Shown piece after piece: positions 57,962 to 64,000 of a DNA stretch of 64,000 nucleotides; the stretch's first letter is position 1, and every line of letters starts with the position of its first letter. The stretch lies in contig CAXTNM010000017.1 of assembly GCA_964245715.1 (NCBI GenBank), forward strand, positions 2,911-66,910, written 5' to 3'. The notes below the pieces were generated by a model, which saw only the letters and a program-made list of their open reading frames with translations, was not told the origin of the DNA and did not search any database. Made by a program: the position numbers and the translations under genes. This DNA is from an uncultured Acidobacteriaceae bacterium. GTDB lineage: Bacteria; Acidobacteriota; Terriglobia; Terriglobales; Acidobacteriaceae.

Positions 57962-58736
57962 TACGATTGCAGCGACGCACGAGACAGACGAACATCTGGC
58001 AGGCACGCACGAGCATGGCGAGCATATCGTGCTGCCTCAACACCGTCACCACTTCGAGACGGAGGAACAGCAGCGTGAAGCCGGAAGCTTCGGTATGTGG
58101 CTGTTCCTCCTTACCGAGATTATGTTCTTTGGTGGCATGTTCTTCGCATACCTCCTGTACCGGAACTGGTACTACGACGCTTTCGTCCCGGCTTCCAACC
58201 AGCTAAGCATCCCACTCGGTACGGCAAACACAATCATCCTCATCACCTCTGGGTTCTTCATGGCGATCGGTGTGTGGGCGGCAGAGGTCCGGAAACGGCA
58301 ATTATTGGTGTTGATGCTGGTTCTAACGAACATTTTTGGCATCGCATTTCTTGGTGTGAAGTCGATCGAGTACAAGGAAAAGTGGGAAAAACACCACATC
58401 CCGGGCGCAAGCTTCGATATCAGTGAGTTTGTAAATCCGCCGGTCGATGCTAAGACCGGCAAGCCAGACCAGAACCCGCTGCCCCCCGACATGGCGCAGA
58501 AGACACAGATCTTCTTCTTTCTCTACTTCGCGATGACCGGAATGCACGCGATCCATATGATCATCGGAATTGTAATTCTCTTCTGGCTCACGTGGCGCGC
58601 TCACCGGGGGGAATTCTCGAACGGCTACGTGGCACCGATCGAGAACTTTGGTCTCTACTGGCACTTCGTTGATATCGTATGGCTGTTTCTCTTTCCGCTC
58701 CTTTATCTCATCAACCGGCATCCGTTGCAACACTAG
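57954..58736 (+). CDS. ctaE: Cytochrome c oxidase subunit III
   Basis: [22 protein letters not shown] and [11 protein letters not shown] motifs. Confidence 0.95.
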   Translation: MANTIAATHETDEHLAGTHEHGEHIVLPQHRHHFETEEQQREAGSFGMWLFLLTEIMFFGGMFFAYLLYRNWYYDAFVPASNQLSIPLGTANTIILITSGFFMAIGVWAAEVRKRQLLVLMLVLTNIFGIAFLGVKSIEYKEKWEKHHIPGASFDISEFVNPPVDAKTGKPDQNPLPPDMAQKTQIFFFLYFAMTGMHAIHMIIGIVILFWLTWRAHRGEFSNGYVAPIENFGLYWHFVDIVWLFLFPLLYLINRHPLQH

Positions 58737-58777
58737 AACTCCAAAGGCCTACGACTATCCTCGGGGGAGAGCAAAAC

Positions 58778-59113
58778 GTGTCTGACGCAAATGACGACCT
58801 GAACATTACAAACCCGGAACACGCTGAACATCACATCGTGACTCCGATGAACTATTTGTTTGTGTACATCGCCCTCATTATCGGGACGATCCTCACCGTG
58901 GTGGCAGCAGACATCGACATGGGTGTCTTCAATCCGATTATTGCGCTTGGAATTGCCTGCACGAAGGCCTGCGTAGTGATCCTCTTCTTCATGCATGTCA
59001 AGTATCAGTCCAGACTTGTGAAATTGACAGTGAGCGCCGGGTTCTTCACGTTTCTGGTGTTGATTACCATGACCCTGACCGACTACATGAGCCGCGCATG
59101 GGGTTTATGGTAG
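58778..59113 (+). CDS. ctaF: Cytochrome c oxidase subunit IV
   Basis: KACVVILFFMHVKY motif, three hydrophobic helices, GTG start after GGAG. Confidence 0.88.
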   Translation: MSDANDDLNITNPEHAEHHIVTPMNYLFVYIALIIGTILTVVAADIDMGVFNPIIALGIACTKACVVILFFMHVKYQSRLVKLTVSAGFFTFLVLITMTLTDYMSRAWGLW

Positions 59114-59142
59114 GTTCATGAGTCAGGACCTTCTACACAGAT

Positions 59143-59170
59143 AAGGGCTGAGAGGAAACTCTCGGCCCTT
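59143..59170 (+). terminator. Terminator of the act-cta operon
   Basis: AAGGGCTGAGAG-gaaa-CTCTCGGCCCTT followed by cgcttt. Confidence 0.75.
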
Positions 59171-59282
59171 CGCTTTGGATCGGTTTATACGACGCAACTT
59201 TTACTCCTGGTTTCTTTGCAGCGCTCATGGATTTGGACACTCACCATCACGGAAGAGCTTAGAAACGTTAGTTTGAGAAGAC

Positions 59283-60737
59283 ATGGCTGAAACGAAGATT
59301 CCGGAAGCGGCTCCCATCGGGGAAGATGCACCTGCGTGGATGATGGAACTTTCACGTAACCCGCGGGTGACTGTGAGACGCAGTGGGGTGCCGTCTGTCA
59401 GTGGCAAGTGCGTGGTCTACTGGATGCAACGTGCACAGAGGGGAATCGACAATCATGCTGTCAATCTCGCAGTAGAGATTGCGAATGAGTTGACGCTGCC
59501 GCTTGTCGTTTACTTTGCTGGGATCTCGAATTTTCCTCACGCAAATCTCCGGCACTATGCTTTCCTGCAGCAGGGATTTCCTGACATCGAGGAGGAACTC
59601 TCGAAGAGGAACATCAGCTTCATCATGCGCAAGGCTCCAAATGAGTCGCACGAACGCTTTCTGCACGATGTGCAAGCAGCGATGTTGATCGGCGACGAGA
59701 ATCCGATGAACGTCCCGGAGCAATGGCGACGTGACCTTGCAAGGAAGATAGAGATCCCGTTTTGGACTGTCGATACGGATGTCATAGTGCCATCGAAGCT
59801 GATTGAGAAGGCACAGTACGGCGCATACACCATTCGGCCGCGCTTATACAAAGCTTTACCTGAGTACCTGGTTGCATACGAAAACCCTCACGCGAAGATC
59901 GCGTGGAAGCGACCGAAGGGCTTCCACGCTGACAGCCTCACCGAAGATATGACCAAGGGCTGGAGGGACTTCGACCGGACCGTGCTTCCGGTGGATTCCT
60001 TTCATGGTGGAACGCATGCCGGGCTGAAGCGGTTGACGCTCTTTACCTCCAAACTGCTTGCAGATTACGACACCAATCGAAACAAGCCGGAGCTCGATGG
60101 AACGTCGGCGATGTCGCCTTACCTGCATTATGGTCATGTAGGGCCGCAGACGATTGCCTTGGCAGTCGCAAAGGCAGCGGAGGAGAATCCTAAGCTGAAG
60201 GAAGCGAAGGAGAGCTACTTCAACGAACTTATCGCTTGGCGGGAGCTTGCGATCAACTTCGTACGTTTTACGACTGAGTACGAGAACCCGGCTGTGGCTG
60301 AGAATTGGGCGAAGCAGACAATCGAGGAGCATGCGAAAGATGAGCGGGAGCGACTCTATAGCCTTAAGCAGCTTGAGGCCGCCGAGACGTACGATGACCT
60401 TTGGAATGCGGCGCAAATCCAGATGAACCAACACGGCTGGATGCACAACTACATGCGCATGTACTGGGCGAAGAAGATTCTGGAATGGACACCGGATGCT
60501 CGAACCGCGATGAAGTATGCGGTCTATTTGAACGATCGCTACTTCCTTGATGGACGTGATCCAAACGGATATGCCGGCATTGCCTGGTCGATGGTTGGCA
60601 AATTTGATCGACCTTGGTTCGACCGTCCTGTCTTCGGCAAGATTCGTTACATGAGCGGGGCGAGCACTGGAAAGAAGTTCGATTCCAAGCTTTACATCCG
60701 GCAGATGAACGCTTTGCGTGATCAACACCCAAGCTGA
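59283..60737 (+). CDS. phr: Class II CPD photolyase
   Basis: YWMQRAQR, SPYLHYG, GWMHNYMRMYWAKKILEW and DGRDPNGYAGIAWS class II signatures. Confidence 0.92.
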   Translation: MAETKIPEAAPIGEDAPAWMMELSRNPRVTVRRSGVPSVSGKCVVYWMQRAQRGIDNHAVNLAVEIANELTLPLVVYFAGISNFPHANLRHYAFLQQGFPDIEEELSKRNISFIMRKAPNESHERFLHDVQAAMLIGDENPMNVPEQWRRDLARKIEIPFWTVDTDVIVPSKLIEKAQYGAYTIRPRLYKALPEYLVAYENPHAKIAWKRPKGFHADSLTEDMTKGWRDFDRTVLPVDSFHGGTHAGLKRLTLFTSKLLADYDTNRNKPELDGTSAMSPYLHYGHVGPQTIALAVAKAAEENPKLKEAKESYFNELIAWRELAINFVRFTTEYENPAVAENWAKQTIEEHAKDERERLYSLKQLEAAETYDDLWNAAQIQMNQHGWMHNYMRMYWAKKILEWTPDARTAMKYAVYLNDRYFLDGRDPNGYAGIAWSMVGKFDRPWFDRPVFGKIRYMSGASTGKKFDSKLYIRQMNALRDQHPS

Positions 60738-60810
60738 CCTGGCTGAAGACGATGCTTCTGCATCCGCGTGGCGACCGCTTACATCCTAGGTTTGACGGAG
60801 GATGCTGCAG

Positions 60811-61803
60811 ATGGAATATGGAAGGCTTGGTGGAACCGGCACGAAGGTATCGCGTCTAGCGCTTGGGATGATGACTTATGGCGCAAAGAGCTGGCGCGAG
60901 TGGGTGCTCGAGTGGGACGAGTCTGCTCCTTTGATCCGGAAGGCTCTGGAGAGCGGGATCAACTTCCTTGATACAGCGGATGTCTACTCGCTGGGCGCGA
61001 GTGAGGAGATTACCGGACGCGCTGTGAAGGAGTTCGCAGCGGATCGCGATGAGGTGGTCATTGCGACCAAGGTCTTCAACCCGATGAGCGAAGGATTGAA
61101 CGACAAGGGGCTCTCGCGAAAGCACATTATGGCGTCGATCGATCGCAGCCTGAAGCGGCTCGGGACTGACTATGTGGATCTATACCAGATTCACCGCTTC
61201 GACTCTGAGACTCCGATTGAGGAGACATGCGAGGCGCTCGATGATGTGGTGCGCGCGGGAAAGGCGCTCTACGTTGGCGCTTCGAGCATGTATGCGTGGC
61301 AGTTTCAGTCGATGCTGTACTTCCAGCGGACGAATGGGCTGGCGGAATTTGTAACCATGCAGAACCACTACAATCTCGTTTACCGTGAGGAAGAGCGGGA
61401 GATGAATCCACTTTGCCTGCATGAAGGGATTGGGCTGATTCCGTGGAGTCCGCTGGCGCGCGGGTTTCTGGCTGGAAATCGCAAGGCGAACGAAGACAAG
61501 CAAAAGTCGGAGACGACGCGCGCGCGGACGGACGACTTCGCGCATAAGCTCTACTACCGCGAATCGGACTTCTCGCTGGTGGATCGAATCTCCGAGGTGG
61601 CGGAAGCTCGCGGTGTGAAGAACGCGCAGGTGGCTTTAGCGTGGATCCTGGGGAAACCCGGAGTTTCGGCACCAATCATCGGAGCGAGCAAGATGTACCA
61701 GTTGGACGATGCGATCGCTGCGATGGAGATCGAACTGACGGCAGACGAAGTGAAAAAGCTGGAACAGGGGTACGAACCGCATCCTGTGCTGGGTCATAGC
61801 TAG
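60811..61803 (+). CDS. Aldo/keto reductase
   Basis: LALGMM, FLDTADVY, IATK, DLYQIHR and PWSPLARG motifs. Confidence 0.93.
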   Translation: MEYGRLGGTGTKVSRLALGMMTYGAKSWREWVLEWDESAPLIRKALESGINFLDTADVYSLGASEEITGRAVKEFAADRDEVVIATKVFNPMSEGLNDKGLSRKHIMASIDRSLKRLGTDYVDLYQIHRFDSETPIEETCEALDDVVRAGKALYVGASSMYAWQFQSMLYFQRTNGLAEFVTMQNHYNLVYREEEREMNPLCLHEGIGLIPWSPLARGFLAGNRKANEDKQKSETTRARTDDFAHKLYYRESDFSLVDRISEVAEARGVKNAQVALAWILGKPGVSAPIIGASKMYQLDDAIAAMEIELTADEVKKLEQGYEPHPVLGHS

Positions 61804-61821
61804 GAATCTTCTTTTCAGAGT

Positions 61822-61965
61822 GCCGGGGGGCCCCCCCCGGTTAACTGATTGGTACATTGCACAATGGAATGAATGACTTAGCCCGGTAGGTCTCGCTAAA
61901 ATATTCATTCCATTTGGGTTATCGGTCAAAATATACAAAGTAAAGGACTTAGCGGTGTAGTCCAA
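61822..61965. repeat. Degenerate AT-rich inverted-repeat element (MITE/REP-like)
   Basis: CCGGGGGG/CCCCCCCCGG palindrome, then ATGGAATGAAT...ATTCATTCCAT 11-bp inverted repeat and recurring GACTTAGC. Confidence 0.45.
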
Positions 61966-62287
61966 GGCATTCTGGAGGCTTTTGGCAGCTCTGTGGTACT
62001 GATTCGGTGGGTGCGGGGAAGGTCGAGCCTTGTTGGGGCTGAGCGAATCGGAAATTAACCCTATAAGTTAAGGATAGCGGATCGGGCAGGGTAATCAGGC
62101 AAGCTTTAGTTGCTTTGATTTGTTTGAGTTAGGTGGGTTAGCCTCTTGACATGCCGATTTGCTGGTGTTTTCGAGGGGCCTGGGACCCGTAATCGGTCAT
62201 CTATCTTGAAGGGGTGGTTCCATTTCGGGAACGTCATCGGGTGGGCGTTCCCTGCGGGAGCGGATCGCGCCAGGAGAAGGCCGCGGG

Positions 62288-62887
62288 ATGCACAAAGGAT
62301 TTACGAGAAGACCGAAGTTCGAAGAACCTGCGGCGAACCACGAGACGAACTACATCACGCCGGGCGGGATCGAACGCCTGAAAGATGAGCGGCATTTTCT
62401 ACTTGCAAAGGATCGTCCAGCCGTGGTGCAGGTGGTGGCGTGGGCTGCGAGCAATGGGGATCGCAGCGAGAACGCCGATTACCAGTACAGCAAGCGGCGA
62501 CTGCGGCAGATTGACGGACGGGTCCGCTTCCTGACCAAGCGTATCGAAGCCGCAGAGGTGATTGATCCGGAGGCTCCGAGGACGGGGCAGCGCGCTACGA
62601 GGGCGTATTTCGGAGCTACCGTGCGTTATGTAAATGCTGCGGGGGAAGAACGAGAGGTGAGCATCGTCGGCACCGATGAAGTCAACATCGAGCGCAACCA
62701 CATTAGTTGGGCTTCGCCGTTGGGCCGGGCCCTGATGAAGTCGGCGGAAGACGAGGAAGTGCTGCTTCGTGCGCCGGGTGGTACGGAAACTTTGACGGTG
62801 CTGGAGGTGCGGTACGAGCGCATTGCTGTAGAACCGTTCCAAGTGCCGATGGGGTCAGAAGAATCGACAAAGGCAGTCGATCGCTGA
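62288..62887 (+). CDS. greB: Transcription elongation factor GreB
   Basis: NYITPGG, AASNGDRSENADYQY, IDGRVRFL and ISWASPLGRAL motifs. Confidence 0.95.
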   Translation: MHKGFTRRPKFEEPAANHETNYITPGGIERLKDERHFLLAKDRPAVVQVVAWAASNGDRSENADYQYSKRRLRQIDGRVRFLTKRIEAAEVIDPEAPRTGQRATRAYFGATVRYVNAAGEEREVSIVGTDEVNIERNHISWASPLGRALMKSAEDEEVLLRAPGGTETLTVLEVRYERIAVEPFQVPMGSEESTKAVDR

Positions 62888-63112
62888 TGCTCGCGAGCGA
62901 GGCGGTTGGAGTGGGAGGTGTGGGAGGAGGGAGTATGGATCCGGGGGTTGTTGTGAGCAAGGATTGCTGACGACAAGGGGAATTGTCGGTGCGAACCGCC
63001 GTAGATGAGTGCCTCGGTGAGATGGCACTCAGTGAGGGTCTTTACTGAAGAAAAAGGGCGTTTATCGGGACCTATTGCTTGGCCTTCATGGAAGGACTTC
63101 AGCCATAGTTTG

Positions 63113-63703
63113 CTATTGGTCTGCCGCGAGTGGCTGCAGCCCTTTGTCGCGCGCGGTAAGGAGGATGCCGAACACGAGTTCAAGCACGCCGACAGCAAGA
63201 GCTGGACCACCTGGAAGTCTTAGATAGCCCAAAATGTCGAATACTCCTACCGCGGTGATCAGACCTGCCAACGCCCAAAACAGCGTGTCGCCGTACACGG
63301 TGCGAAATGCTGCATAGTGGGTTCCAATCGCTATCGCTGCTAACGGAAAGACGTAAGCGGGCCTACTCGGGAGGAAGAGCCATGCTGCGAACAAGCCTCC
63401 AATCATCGCAATGGTACTTTCCAACGCAACTCGGCCAAGCTGATTGTTTTTGGAGGCTGGAGATCGTTTGAAAAGTAGACGCGAAGCCAGTTGCGAGAGC
63501 GGAAAGATGAGCATGCCACCAAAGAACAGGAAGGCGAACGCTGAACCAACTCCTCGTTGCTTTAACACGACGGCTGAGGTCAACCACAGAATGCCCGAGA
63601 TGAATGCACCTGGACCACCACCAACGTATGCACGTCGGATATCTTGTTGCGCCTCGGCAATGATCAAAATGTGTTCTCCCGATGTGTTGCTTGAATATGC
63701 CAA
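63113..63703 (-). CDS. Six-helix membrane protein of unknown function
   Basis: GGGPGAFISG, FFGGMLIFPL and GTHY..F..VYG motifs; hydrophobic pattern. Confidence 0.7.
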   Translation of the reverse strand: MAYSSNTSGEHILIIAEAQQDIRRAYVGGGPGAFISGILWLTSAVVLKQRGVGSAFAFLFFGGMLIFPLSQLASRLLFKRSPASKNNQLGRVALESTIAMIGGLFAAWLFLPSRPAYVFPLAAIAIGTHYAAFRTVYGDTLFWALAGLITAVGVFDILGYLRLPGGPALAVGVLELVFGILLTARDKGLQPLAADQ

Positions 63704-64000
63704 GGATTACGGGTTCACAAGGAGGAATGTTCCGCTTCGTATCGATTTGTCGGGTTTGTTGTTCAGGCGCACTGGTGCGCCATGGAAAGTCGCATTTTCT
63801 CCAGTTATGGCAAAGTAACGAGAAGCGCGTTTATAGGGACCTATCGCTGAGCCCGTTATACGCAGTTCCTGGGTCGTCGATCGCTTCGCCCTAAGCTGCG
63901 GAACCATTCGCATCCTTGCGGTGTCTCTAAAAGAGTGAACACAATTCTTAGCACGCTGCTTTGCTTCTGCATCGTGAGTTCTTCTTCTAATCGTTCGTGC

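Noticed and set aside
63707-63913. 68-aa minus-strand ORF at the window end
   Set aside because: No RBS, no motif and atypical composition; cannot be supported.

Overview
GC-rich bacterial chromosome segment. Gene content (alternative complex III with a caa3 oxidase, orphan MacB-type permeases, hpnI, GH57/DUF3536) suggests Acidobacteriota, probably Acidobacteriaceae; this is an inference, not a database result. Both flanks are ordinary housekeeping DNA: lpdA-lipB-sucB, purEK, glyA, rnpB, lipid and envelope genes, the actABCDEF-sco-ctaCDEF respiratory operon, a class II photolyase and greB. The standout is a ~19.4 kb minus-strand, phage-derived cluster (6628-26017) between purE and an alpha/beta-hydrolase gene. 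It encodes a Zn-ribbon protein and a sigma-region-4-like regulator, prohead protease, holin-like protein, scaffold, major capsid, three head-tail joining proteins, tail tube, a 1689-aa signal-peptide/collagen/SGNH protein, large terminase, a HipA-like kinase plus DUF3037 pair, portal, tail hub and a second holin-like protein. I found no integrase, att site, repressor, replication gene, tape measure or endolysin. The structural genes are intact, composition looks host-like by eye, and REP-like repeats sit in its spacers. This fits a domesticated, gene-transfer-agent-like (GTA-like) particle system better than an ordinary prophage, but that reading is untested. Product calls come from motif reading only.
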